Source of the DNA: an uncultured Ardenticatenia bacterium
GTDB lineage: Bacteria; Chloroflexota; Anaerolineae; 4572-78; NAK82
NCBI GenBank assembly: GCA_937127125.1
Contig: CAKZLO010000010.1
Coordinates: 50,097 to 114,096 of the forward strand
Direction: 5' to 3'
DNA length: 64,000 nt
A program made the translations under genes and the position numbers. Below, in pieces: positions 9,828-18,916 of the stretch (its first letter is position 1; each line of letters starts with the position of its first letter). The notes below the pieces were generated by a model, which saw nothing but the letters and a program-made list of their open reading frames with translations, made no database searches and had not been told where the DNA came from.

Positions 9828-9856
9828 TTGCCAAATACGATATGTTGTGGTATCTT
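9828..9856 (+). promoter_or_regulatory. Putative second promoter P2 for ftsA-ftsZ (TTGCCA-17 nt-TGgTATCTT)
   Basis: TTGCCA at 9828-9833, a 17-nt spacer, an extended -10 TG at 9848-9849, and TATCTT at 9851-9856. Confidence 0.35.
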
Positions 9857-9918
9857 AGATCATACAAAACCTCTCTTGCCCGGTTGTCTTCTAGGGGAAG
9901 CTCACAAGGAGGGAGCAG

Positions 9919-11145
9919 GTGGAGCGCATTGTTGCCTGCATAGACGTCGGCACCTCTAAGATATGCACCCTGATTGGTGAAGTAGATCAGGTTGGCAACT
10001 TGCGGGTCGTGGGTGTCGGCATCGTGCCTTCGCGTGGCATTCGCAAGGGCGTAGTGGTCAATGCTCAAGAGGCAACCAGTGCTATTCTCGCATCGGTGGA
10101 GAAAGCGGAGAGATTAGCAGGCTATGAGATTGAAACCGCTTACGTAGGGCTGGCTGGCGCACATATATCTTGCATTAACAGCCGTGGGGCAGTGGCTATC
10201 AACCGCGGTGAGCGCGGTGTGCAACCCGCTGACATTGACCGTGCCCTTGATGCTGCGAGGGCTATCCCAATACCACATAATCGCCAAGTGTTACACGCGA
10301 TTCCACGTAGCTATGTGTTGGATGGAGATGATGGGGTACGGGATCCCCTGGGCATGCAAGCTTATCGGCTCGAGGTAGAAGCCCACATCATCACAGGCGC
10401 CACAACTTCTATACAGAATCTGGTTAAGTGTGTGCAGGCAACTGGTCTCGGGATCAACGCACTCGTCTTGGAACCATTGGCTTCAGGGGAGGCAGTCCTG
10501 ACCGACATCGAACGCGAGATGGGCGTTGTGTTGGTGGATATGGGGGGTGGCACTACTGACATTGCCATTTTCATCGAAGGGAGCATTTGGCACACAGTGG
10601 TGCTGCCCGTGGGAGGCGAACAAATTACCCACGACATCGCTGTCGGTCTGCGCACTCCTTTCGAGGTTGCCGAGGAACTCAAGATCAAATACGGCCATGC
10701 TTGTTCCAGGAGTGTGCAAGTTGAGGACTTATTAGAGGTAGCTGCTTTTGGAGAAGGTGGTAGCCAAAGAATATCCCGTCAATTCCTGGCCCAAATCATC
10801 GAAGCACGCGTCGAAGAGATCTTCGAACTGGTGTACCAGGAGATCAAACGCTCTGGTTACGACGGCTTGTTGCCAGCGGGCATTGTGCTATGTGGTGGCA
10901 GTGCCGATCTAGCTGGTGTCCGAGATGCAGCGCGCGAGGTGCTGGGCTTGCCGGTGCGTATTGGAGTGCCTCACGATCTACGCGGCTTGGTAGATGCTCT
11001 TGGGCGTCCAGCATTTGCCACTAGTGTGGGTTTGTTGCAATGGGGTCTGCGTCGCGATATGGTGCAGAACGTCCGGCCGCGACGCAGTGAAGGTTCCCGG
11101 ATATTGGGTTGGTTGAGGGCTTTGTTGCCGGATCGCTCGGTGTAG
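9919..11145 (+). CDS. ftsA: Cell division protein FtsA (actin-like ATPase)
   Basis: IVACIDVGTSKICTLIGE phosphate-1 motif and VVLVDMGGGTTDIAIF phosphate-2 motif. GTG 9919 lies 5 nt after AAGGAGGG. Confidence 0.9.
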   Translation: MERIVACIDVGTSKICTLIGEVDQVGNLRVVGVGIVPSRGIRKGVVVNAQEATSAILASVEKAERLAGYEIETAYVGLAGAHISCINSRGAVAINRGERGVQPADIDRALDAARAIPIPHNRQVLHAIPRSYVLDGDDGVRDPLGMQAYRLEVEAHIITGATTSIQNLVKCVQATGLGINALVLEPLASGEAVLTDIEREMGVVLVDMGGGTTDIAIFIEGSIWHTVVLPVGGEQITHDIAVGLRTPFEVAEELKIKYGHACSRSVQVEDLLEVAAFGEGGSQRISRQFLAQIIEARVEEIFELVYQEIKRSGYDGLLPAGIVLCGGSADLAGVRDAAREVLGLPVRIGVPHDLRGLVDALGRPAFATSVGLLQWGLRRDMVQNVRPRRSEGSRILGWLRALLPDRSV

Positions 11146-11257
11146 AGAACAGGGGTGCCTTTCATAACCTGTCACGTGAGAGTCAGCGGCTGGACACCCT
11201 GCCGCGCAGACAGAATGTTGCCAGAGGGTAAGCACAACCAGAAGGGGGAAAATCAAA

Positions 11258-12358
11258 ATGGAATACAAGGCATATGAACCAGAGAACTTCGCCCAAATCA
11301 AAGTCATCGGCGTGGGAGGTGCGGGCACAAACGCAGTCAATCGCATGATCGCGGAAGGATTGCGTGGCGTTGAGTTCATCGCAGTTAACACCGACGCGCA
11401 AGCTTTACTGATGAGCGAGGCACCACAGCGAGTCCGTATTGGAGACAAACTTACCCGTGGGCTAGGCGCTGGGGGAAAGCCAGAGATCGGGCAGAAAGCT
11501 GCAGAAGAATCGGCGGAACAGCTGCGAGAGCTTGTGGTTGGAGCTGATATGGTGTTTGTTACGTGCGGCATGGGAGGCGGGACAGGTACCGGCGCCGCGC
11601 CGATCATCGCTGGACTAGCCAAGGGCAACGGCGCGCTTACTATTGGAGTGGTGACCCGGCCGTTTAACTTTGAAGGATCAAAGCGTCAGAAGGTGGCGGA
11701 AGAAGGTATCGAGAACCTCAAAAACAATGTGGACACACTGATTGTGATCCCGAATGATCGATTGCTTGAGTTGGTCGACAAAAAGGTGTCGATGACACAG
11801 GCTTTTCGTATGGCAGACGATGTGTTACGTCAAGGTATCCAGGGCATTTCCGAACTTATCACGGTGCCTGGTCTGATCAATCTCGATTTCGCCGATGTAC
11901 GCACCATTATGAGTGAAGGGGGATCTGCTCTCATGGCAGTGGGCACTGCCAGTGGGGAAAACGCTGCCGTTGAAGCTGCGAAGAGTGCGGTGTCGAGTGC
12001 CTTGCTCGATGTGAGCATTGATGGAGCAAGAGGTATCCTTTTCAATGTGACTGGCCCATCCAGTTTGAGCCTATTGGAGGTACAGGAAGCGGCCGAGATT
12101 ATTCGGTCCAAAGCGCACCCGGAGGCGAACATCATCTTCGGCTCTGTCATCGACGACTCAATGGGAGACACGGTTCGTATTACGTTGATTGCCACCGGGT
12201 TTGATGGAAGTAGGGCGCAGCGCAGGCCGGTCGTGACTGCTGCCGCTACATCAGCAGGGAGCGCACGCACTATCCCGTTCCCACAAACATCCCAGCATTC
12301 TTCGACAGGTGAACGTAGTGACATAGATATTCCAGCATTTCTGCGTAGGCATCGCTAA
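11258..12358 (+). CDS. ftsZ: Cell division GTPase FtsZ
   Basis: [24 protein letters not shown] and the tubulin signature [23 protein letters not shown] upstream. Confidence 0.95.
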   Translation: MEYKAYEPENFAQIKVIGVGGAGTNAVNRMIAEGLRGVEFIAVNTDAQALLMSEAPQRVRIGDKLTRGLGAGGKPEIGQKAAEESAEQLRELVVGADMVFVTCGMGGGTGTGAAPIIAGLAKGNGALTIGVVTRPFNFEGSKRQKVAEEGIENLKNNVDTLIVIPNDRLLELVDKKVSMTQAFRMADDVLRQGIQGISELITVPGLINLDFADVRTIMSEGGSALMAVGTASGENAAVEAAKSAVSSALLDVSIDGARGILFNVTGPSSLSLLEVQEAAEIIRSKAHPEANIIFGSVIDDSMGDTVRITLIATGFDGSRAQRRPVVTAAATSAGSARTIPFPQTSQHSSTGERSDIDIPAFLRRHR

Positions 12359-12446
12359 CGACCTACCCGGTGCACATACTATTAGCGCATTGCTTACCCT
12401 CCTTTGCCTAGTGGTCGGGCGAAAGACCACAACGCATCCCCACCAG

Positions 12447-12473
12447 CCCCTGACCAAGTCAAGCGGTCAGGGG
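12447..12473 (+). terminator. Terminator-like stem-loop downstream of ftsZ
   Basis: Perfect 9-bp stem CCCCTGACC / GGTCAGGGG with a 9-nt loop, about 90 nt after the ftsZ stop. No U-tract follows. A second 6-bp hairpin lies at 12411-12430. Confidence 0.35.
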
Positions 12474-12622
12474 CAAAACTACGATTTGGGGCCATAGCGT
12501 GGTATACTGACAGCGACTGGAAATCCGAAGCCAAAGAGGTACCGAGATCTTGCTATCATACCATTGTGATAGTATATGCACACCCCACCAGAAACCAAGA
12601 GGTAAGAGACCCCGAACCCCTG

Positions 12623-14158
12623 ATGGCTGATCTTCTCGAGCAAGTAAAGGATACCGTCGAGTATCATAAGATGTGGCAACCTGGCCAGACCGTCGTGGTT
12701 GGGGTGTCGGGAGGACCGGATTCCTTGTGTCTGCTCCACGTATTGCACAGATTAGCTCCTGACCTCTCATTCAGGATACACGTTGGGCATCTCAACCACA
12801 GTATCCGAGGTCTTGAGGGAGATGCGGATGCCGCGTTTGTCGCACAGGTTGCAGAGAGCTGGGGGTTGCCAGTTACGATTGAGAGAGCAGATGTTCCAGC
12901 ATTGGCGCGTCGTTACCGACTGGCCCTTGAAGAAGCGGCGCGTTGTGCTCGCTATGCCTTCTTGGGCCGGCTTGCACGCCAGGTCAACGCTTCTGCGATT
13001 GCGGTGGCCCACCATGCTGATGATCAGGTTGAAACCGTTCTGATGCATTGGTTGCGAGGTTCAGGGCTGGCAGGTTTGCGTGGGATGTTGCCCGTCACCG
13101 CTTTAGCAGACTATCGGTTGATTGAGGATCAGACGATGTCGCTGGATGGTTCGGACATTGCTCAGGAGGACAATCTTCCCCCCGAGTGCCGAGTTGCCCC
13201 GCCTGTACTTGTCCGACCGCTACTTAACATCACTCGTGCTGAAATCGATGCGTATTGTGAGCGTCACAATCTGCATCCGCGCATAGATCGTTCAAATCTG
13301 GACACTACTTACTTCCGTAATCGGCTGCGCCATGAGTTGCTACCTTACCTGGAGACATACAATCCCAACATCCGAGAGGTGCTGCGCCGTACTGCGGAGG
13401 TCATCGCGGCTGACTATGCATTGTTGCAATCTCATCTTGAGAGGGCATGGACAGAAGTTGTGCGAAACGAAGCGAGTGAGGCTATAGTGTTCAATCTGGC
13501 TGCGTGGCGGCGTCTCCCGCTTAGCCTGCAGCGCTCGACTTTGCGTCAGGCTATTCATCGGCTGCGTCGCGCGTTACGCAATATCAACTTTGTCCATATA
13601 GAGGAGGCACTGAAGGTTGCGCGGTGTGGTGCCACTGGGTCTAAGGCGACTTTACCACAAGGCCTCCTGCTGACAGTCAGCTATGACGTGTTAGTGATCG
13701 CCTCAAGTGATTATCGGATGCTGCCTGATGTACCACGCGTATGCGATGAGGAGGCTATTGCGGTGCGTGTGCCGGGCATTACTCTGTTGCCCTGCAGCGG
13801 ATGGGTTCTGTTTGTGGAAGAGATGTCCGCGCCTGTTGGAGAAGCGCTTCGCATGCGCCCGGAAACTCGGTGGGAGGTGATGCTAGATGCTGAGTTTTTA
13901 GGTTCTTCACCACGCCTGCGCCGTCGGCGTCCGGGTGATCGTTTCTGTCCGCTGGGCATGGCAGGGCGGGCTAAGCGGTTGAATGAATTCATGATCAACG
14001 AAAAGATCCCTGCACTGTGGCGCGATAGCATTCCCTTGTTGGTGAATGAACTTGACCAGATCGCTTGGGTGTGCGGCTGGCGGCTTGATGAGCGCGCGCG
14101 CGTCACGGCGCAGACCCGACGAGTGCTGCGCTTGCGTTTCCTACGCAGGAACTCGTGA
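12623..14158 (+). CDS. tilS: tRNA(Ile)-lysidine synthetase TilS
   Basis: PP-loop VGVSGGPDSLCLLH begins about 30 aa after ATG 12623. The 73 codons upstream of it in the ORF track look non-coding (they contain hairpins and promoter-like boxes). Confidence 0.85.
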   Translation: MADLLEQVKDTVEYHKMWQPGQTVVVGVSGGPDSLCLLHVLHRLAPDLSFRIHVGHLNHSIRGLEGDADAAFVAQVAESWGLPVTIERADVPALARRYRLALEEAARCARYAFLGRLARQVNASAIAVAHHADDQVETVLMHWLRGSGLAGLRGMLPVTALADYRLIEDQTMSLDGSDIAQEDNLPPECRVAPPVLVRPLLNITRAEIDAYCERHNLHPRIDRSNLDTTYFRNRLRHELLPYLETYNPNIREVLRRTAEVIAADYALLQSHLERAWTEVVRNEASEAIVFNLAAWRRLPLSLQRSTLRQAIHRLRRALRNINFVHIEEALKVARCGATGSKATLPQGLLLTVSYDVLVIASSDYRMLPDVPRVCDEEAIAVRVPGITLLPCSGWVLFVEEMSAPVGEALRMRPETRWEVMLDAEFLGSSPRLRRRRPGDRFCPLGMAGRAKRLNEFMINEKIPALWRDSIPLLVNELDQIAWVCGWRLDERARVTAQTRRVLRLRFLRRNS

Positions 14159-14194
14159 TCCCCATATACATTTCATAGCTCTCGGAAGGTCGTT

Positions 14195-15343
14195 ATGATG
14201 AACAATGCCAAAGCTTTGACAGCATCATCCTACTTGAGCATGTTCTTTCTGGGGTTTACCTCGACATTGGTCGGTGCGGCAGCACGTAACATTGGAATCA
14301 CACCCTTTCAGATCGGTTTGATGCTGGCCTTTCAGAATGTGGGTTTTGTAGTATCTGTTTCGTTGTCCGGTGCGCTGGCGGATATGCGTGAAAAGCCCAG
14401 ATTATTGTTTCTGGGCAGTCTGGCAGTGGTTGCAGGGTTGCTCGTCTTCTACGTTACAAACATATTCACTTTCTACTTGTTGGCGATGTTGCTGCTCGGT
14501 GTTGGGATCGGCACTTATGAAGGGGTCTCGGACGCCATGTTGATGGATTTACACGAGGGGCGCGAGAGTCTGCACATTAGCATCAATCACTTCTTTGTCA
14601 CCTTCGGCTCAGTAGCGATTACCGTGTATATGATCTTTTTACAGATGAACTGGCGTAATGCCATTATTCAGTCGGCTGTGGTGGTATCGGCGCTTGCTGC
14701 CTTTTTTGCTTTGGCCAAGCTGGGGGTAAAGCGCATCCATAGTAATAGCTATCGCGAACGGATCTCCATCCTGGGACGTGAGCCGATCATTTTGGTACTC
14801 TTTGTTTGCATTATGTTGGCCGTGGGTGTCGAGACCAGTTCTATTGGCATACTCACGACTTTTTTAATGGAATTGCGAGGTTTTGATCAGGTTACCTCTA
14901 AGGTTGGGCTGTTAGTATTGCTTTCTGGGATGGTAACAGGTCGCTTGCTGGTGGGGTTTTGGGCTTCTCGACAGCATATTCCTCGGCTCATTTTGGGCTT
15001 GATGGGACTGGCATTGGTGGTCTATGGTATATTGTTCACAGCTAATTTGGGCAATCTAGTGTATGTGCTGGCCTACATCGCTGGCTTTGCACTGTCCGCT
15101 CTGCTGCCAATGATGCTTAGTGCAGCCGGCCTGCTCTATCGTGAGATGCCAGGTACAGTGTTAGGTCTGGTTAAGGTTGCCATTCCTTTGGGCAGCATCG
15201 TTCTCCCATTAATTATGGGTCTAGTGGCTCAATACAGCTCGTTTCAAAGCTCGCTTTTGGTTTTTCCGGCAGCTTTTGCGCTGGCTTTTCTGCTGATGTT
15301 GTTGATCCAACCACGCATGCAGTTGAGTAAAACGAGCGCCTAG
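14195..15343 (+). CDS. MFS transporter
   Basis: 382 aa, about 12 hydrophobic helices, MFS-like loop motif GALADMREKPR. GGAAGG RBS 5 nt upstream of the ATG. Confidence 0.75.
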   Translation: MMNNAKALTASSYLSMFFLGFTSTLVGAAARNIGITPFQIGLMLAFQNVGFVVSVSLSGALADMREKPRLLFLGSLAVVAGLLVFYVTNIFTFYLLAMLLLGVGIGTYEGVSDAMLMDLHEGRESLHISINHFFVTFGSVAITVYMIFLQMNWRNAIIQSAVVVSALAAFFALAKLGVKRIHSNSYRERISILGREPIILVLFVCIMLAVGVETSSIGILTTFLMELRGFDQVTSKVGLLVLLSGMVTGRLLVGFWASRQHIPRLILGLMGLALVVYGILFTANLGNLVYVLAYIAGFALSALLPMMLSAAGLLYREMPGTVLGLVKVAIPLGSIVLPLIMGLVAQYSSFQSSLLVFPAAFALAFLLMLLIQPRMQLSKTSA

Positions 15344-17322
15344 TCAGAGCTCGATGGATGGGGGACAATCAAATACTTGCGTACGTTGTTTACGAGATCG
15401 GTGTCAAAGGTGTCGGCGTATAGAGTATCCAACACCTGTCCGCTGTGAGGATCTACGATGGCGAGGTTATAACCTCGATGTTGCGGCGAGACTTGTCGGC
15501 GACCTATCCAAATGTCACCCCGGTCTCCTGCATCTAGGCCGGCAGAGTGTATTGTGATGTCCACCGGGGAGAATGTGCCAGTATGACCGATTTCCGTGCC
15601 TGCCGGCACGGATAGCACTTTCGGACCGGTGCCGTATGCTTCCAGTGCGCTTCCCGGTCTGGCTCCCTTTACTCCAATCAGCCCATGTGCGCAGCGGAAG
15701 CATCCACGCAAATCCACTCTGCCGCCCACCAGTTTCCATGCAGCCACAGCCGCGTCAGTCAGATGGCGCGAGGCTTCATCCTTCACGGCTGCGACGACAA
15801 TGGTTCCCTCAGGCAAGTTGGCAATGTAGTCCGCTAGTCTTACTTTGGAGGAATCGACCGTTTGTAGGTTATAGCGCTCAGCAACCTCTGGCATCCATAC
15901 CGCCAGATAGACGGGGCGTTTGCCGACCCATTGATCTATCTCACGCGAAGGGATAAAGCCAACATCGCTGCGTATACCTTCGGCGAGCATCATGTACAAC
16001 AGCACCTGCTTCTGACTGTAGAAGTAAGGTTGTGGCAGCACCACCAGTGCATTGGGTTGCAGATTGTCCAGGAATCTCTCTGCCCACTGCCGCGCACTGG
16101 TATCATGGCTGCGGTCGAGCATGGGCCAGTGGTAGATCAGAGGCCACAGGATCATGGCAAGACACATCAGTATCCAGACCGATGAGCTCAGAACAGAACC
16201 AATGCGACGCACAACAAGGGGAACAGGATGCTGCACTCCTGCTATGTACTGACGTAGTTGAAGGCTCCACACGGCAAGCCATTTTAGGCCACTGGATATG
16301 AAGATACACCAGATAAGCCAGGTAGGGATGAAGTATGGCTCGGGATCTATGATCTGATAGCCCATCGCGAAGAGTACCTGCATGAGCAATGCTATCCCAA
16401 GCCCGATTGCCCATGTTCGCTCACGCCACCCCAGTATGACAGCTCCCAATAGTCCCAGTGCAATGCCCCACCAGCTGAATTGTTGCCACGTCAGTGCACA
16501 AGCCAGCTGTGCTCTTTCCCAAATTGCCGGGGCGCCTTGCATGAACACCCCCAAGAAGCTGCCGCGAAATTGGGCGCCGGTCACGAACTCGATGAAGGCG
16601 CCTAGAAGGGCAGTCAGCGAATGTTCTGCGACGGGGGGAAACTCGCTATATGCGGATCCTTGGGACGCGCGCACCAGGATGTATGTGTATGGAAGTGCGG
16701 CCAATAAGAGCCCTGCCAGGAGCACCAGCCCAGTGCGGCGTTGCCACAGTATCTGATGCTTGTATTGTACAACCCAGTAAATGATAGCCGGCAGCAGCAA
16801 AACCATGCTGGCGTGATGACTGAGGCTCAACCCATATGTTAGAATGAGAGCGTTCAGCCAGACATGGCTGCCAGTACGGCACCAAATGAAGGAGAGTGTC
16901 AAGCATAGAACAAAGAACAGGGCATTGAGCGTATAGACTTCGGCCACGGTAGCTTGAGACCAAAAAACTGGGCTGAAGGCAAACATAAGAGCAGCGGTCA
17001 GTGCTGCCAAGCGATTCCAAGTTACCATCTGGCCCAGTGTTGTTATGACACCAATGGTCAGAGCGGCACTTATGGCTGAAAGCAGGTTGACGCGGTAGGC
17101 GATCTCTCCCCACGGAAACCACGTGAAGATGCGTGTCAGCAGAATATAGAGCGGATAGCCTGTAGGATGGGGGATGCCCCAGATCTGGGCGATGTACTGG
17201 AACTTGGCACTATCACCCCACATGCTGACGGTGGGCTGCAAAGTGCGCCAATATACGAGGAATGTGGCTATGGCCCCCAGAACAGACAAAGCAAAGCTGA
17301 TGCGCTGGGCCCTTTCCCTCAT
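15340..17322 (-). CDS. DUF2723 / TMEM260-like GT-C fold membrane glycosyltransferase with C-terminal soluble domain
   Basis: N-terminus YWRTLQPTVSMWGDSAKFQYIAQIWGIPHPTGYPLY matches the DUF2723 signature as I recall it. About 11 TM helices followed by a soluble domain of about 230 aa. Confidence 0.7.
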   Translation of the reverse strand: MRERAQRISFALSVLGAIATFLVYWRTLQPTVSMWGDSAKFQYIAQIWGIPHPTGYPLYILLTRIFTWFPWGEIAYRVNLLSAISAALTIGVITTLGQMVTWNRLAALTAALMFAFSPVFWSQATVAEVYTLNALFFVLCLTLSFIWCRTGSHVWLNALILTYGLSLSHHASMVLLLPAIIYWVVQYKHQILWQRRTGLVLLAGLLLAALPYTYILVRASQGSAYSEFPPVAEHSLTALLGAFIEFVTGAQFRGSFLGVFMQGAPAIWERAQLACALTWQQFSWWGIALGLLGAVILGWRERTWAIGLGIALLMQVLFAMGYQIIDPEPYFIPTWLIWCIFISSGLKWLAVWSLQLRQYIAGVQHPVPLVVRRIGSVLSSSVWILMCLAMILWPLIYHWPMLDRSHDTSARQWAERFLDNLQPNALVVLPQPYFYSQKQVLLYMMLAEGIRSDVGFIPSREIDQWVGKRPVYLAVWMPEVAERYNLQTVDSSKVRLADYIANLPEGTIVVAAVKDEASRHLTDAAVAAWKLVGGRVDLRGCFRCAHGLIGVKGARPGSALEAYGTGPKVLSVPAGTEIGHTGTFSPVDITIHSAGLDAGDRGDIWIGRRQVSPQHRGYNLAIVDPHSGQVLDTLYADTFDTDLVNNVRKYLIVPHPSSSD

Positions 17323-17350
17323 CCTCCATCATTGCCTTGTTGATACGATC

Positions 17351-18256
17351 CTACGGGGCGATAATGGTATATAGTGCGCCCCATGCCAGTGTTTGCGACA
17401 GGATGCCGCCTGTCCATATCAAGTAGGCAGCTACACGGTCATGCCGATAGAGGGCGAAACCTAATCCCAAGTCGGCAGTGAGCATTAATAATGCTACAAT
17501 TGGTAAATGTAGTACTTCACTGCGTTGGCCAATACGATCTGGCTGCCCGAATACATCGAAGTGTAAAGCCAATTTTTCGGGCAGTTGAGGATAGGCGATT
17601 GCCATTGTGCCGAAGAGAGCCAAAGAAGTCACTAATATTCCGCCCATCAGTCCCCAGGCAACGCGATCACTCCAGAGGGGAGAGGCAAGCCAGTGAGCAT
17701 GTCTTTCCTCTTCGCGCCAATCTTGCGTTGTGCCCAAGAACCGACGCTCTCGCCAGCTCCGGATAAAGACCTCCGGTTGTTCGGGGGAAACAACATAGAC
17801 ATGTGTAACAGTGAGAACGGCAAGGCTGTGCTCCAAAGGCTCATTGCTGCGCCACACTGCCGTACGATTGTCATTCAGTGTCCTGTATCCGGCCCACCCA
17901 CCAAGCCAGGCCCGATGTTGGTAAGCTTGTTTTAACCCCCAGTCGTCGCCGAGCTCCTTAATCGGGATGATCGCTTCAATGTTGCGAATAGGGATTACCC
18001 AGCGAGAGCTACCCCACTGGATTCTTATTCCGTTGCGATCGAGACGATAACGCAGTCCTAATGTCGCTATCGTCCAATAGATCGCTATTCCCAGGGCAAC
18101 CAGACATGCCAATACCCCTATGCTCAACCCGAATGTTACTAGAGAGAATGGCAGCCGAGCGATTTGCCAAATCAGTGTGCCTGTGATCAAGAACAGGCTG
18201 CACACGATTGCCAGGCCAATCAACCCGCTGCGATATGAGGAAGAATGGAATTCCAA
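17351..18256 (-). CDS. Membrane protein with bacterial PH-like and DUF1648-like segments
   Basis: Two N-terminal TMs, then RLDRNGIRIQWGSSRWVIPIRNIEAI (bPH-like). C-terminal TMs flank YPQLPEKLALHFDVFGQPDRIG (DUF1648-like). TTG start with GAGGTG 9 nt upstream. Confidence 0.5.
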   Translation of the reverse strand: MEFHSSSYRSGLIGLAIVCSLFLITGTLIWQIARLPFSLVTFGLSIGVLACLVALGIAIYWTIATLGLRYRLDRNGIRIQWGSSRWVIPIRNIEAIIPIKELGDDWGLKQAYQHRAWLGGWAGYRTLNDNRTAVWRSNEPLEHSLAVLTVTHVYVVSPEQPEVFIRSWRERRFLGTTQDWREEERHAHWLASPLWSDRVAWGLMGGILVTSLALFGTMAIAYPQLPEKLALHFDVFGQPDRIGQRSEVLHLPIVALLMLTADLGLGFALYRHDRVAAYLIWTGGILSQTLAWGALYTIIAP

Positions 18257-18283
18257 CGGCGTTCACACCTCGGAATGTACGTA

Positions 18284-18916
18284 CTACTTCGGACGCGCTA
18301 GGTCGATTGTCCAGTAGTAGTGATAACGTCCGCCGACTGCATAACCTGCCCCGATCTCTGTAAAATCAGCTGAGAGGATATTAGCCTGATGTGCGGCACT
18401 GTTCATCCAGGCTCCGAATACACTCTGTGCAGTCGGATAACCAGCGCCTATGTTCTCTCCACATGCTTGCCAGGCGTAACCAGCACTTGCCATACGTGTG
18501 CACGGATCTGATCCGGTGAGATCGGTATGAGAGAAAAAGTCTTGTTCCATCATGTTTTGGCTATGCACCTGAGCGACTTGCATCAGAATGAGGTTCACTT
18601 GCAAAGATGGTAAGCCTTGTCTCAGGCGCTCTGTGTTGATCAGTCCGACTAAGGTATCTACAGGCTCTGCCGACAAATAGTTGATGATGACGGGTAGGTA
18701 GTTGGTATATCCCAGAGTAGCTGTCAGAGTACCAACCGTTGAAGTCATTCCTCCCGTAGGCACATACGCCGCTGCTGGGGAGAAGACAACTTCCACCTCG
18801 TAAGTTGTAGGTGACGTTCTGGCACTTCCAGCCCATGCTGGCCAGGCCAGCACGCTCGCCAAAGCTATGAATAGCCCAAGTGAGACCCAAGAACCTTTTA
18901 GTTTTCTGCTCAGCAT
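18284..18916 (-). CDS. Secreted CAP/SCP/PR1-like (YkwD-type) domain protein
   Basis: Signal peptide MLSRKLKGSWVSLGLFIALASVLAWPAWA. CAP domain LINTERLRQGLPSL...FFSHTD...GENIGAGY...WMNSAAHQANIL. ATG 18916 overlaps the upstream MFS stop (ATGCTGA). The longer ORF-track N-terminus overlaps the MFS gene and is rejected. Confidence 0.8.
   Translation of the reverse strand: MLSRKLKGSWVSLGLFIALASVLAWPAWAGSARTSPTTYEVEVVFSPAAAYVPTGGMTSTVGTLTATLGYTNYLPVIINYLSAEPVDTLVGLINTERLRQGLPSLQVNLILMQVAQVHSQNMMEQDFFSHTDLTGSDPCTRMASAGYAWQACGENIGAGYPTAQSVFGAWMNSAAHQANILSADFTEIGAGYAVGGRYHYYWTIDLARPK

Noticed and set aside
10978-11628. 216-aa minus-strand ORF spanning the ftsA-ftsZ junction
   Set aside because: It is antisense to two strongly conserved genes, has a low-complexity Pro/Ala/Ser-rich translation, no RBS, and crosses an intergenic region. 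This is typical of GC-driven spurious ORFs.
12404-12622. N-terminal extension of the tilS ORF (start at 12404)
   Set aside because: The extension covers the hairpins and promoter-like boxes of the ftsZ-tilS spacer. The conserved PP-loop domain begins shortly after ATG 12623.
15340-15343. Convergent MFS (+) and DUF2723 (-) genes share the palindromic CTAG as overlapping stop codons
   Set aside because: It is real in the sequence but a trivial consequence of TAG being contained in a palindromic tetramer. No functional implication can be supported.
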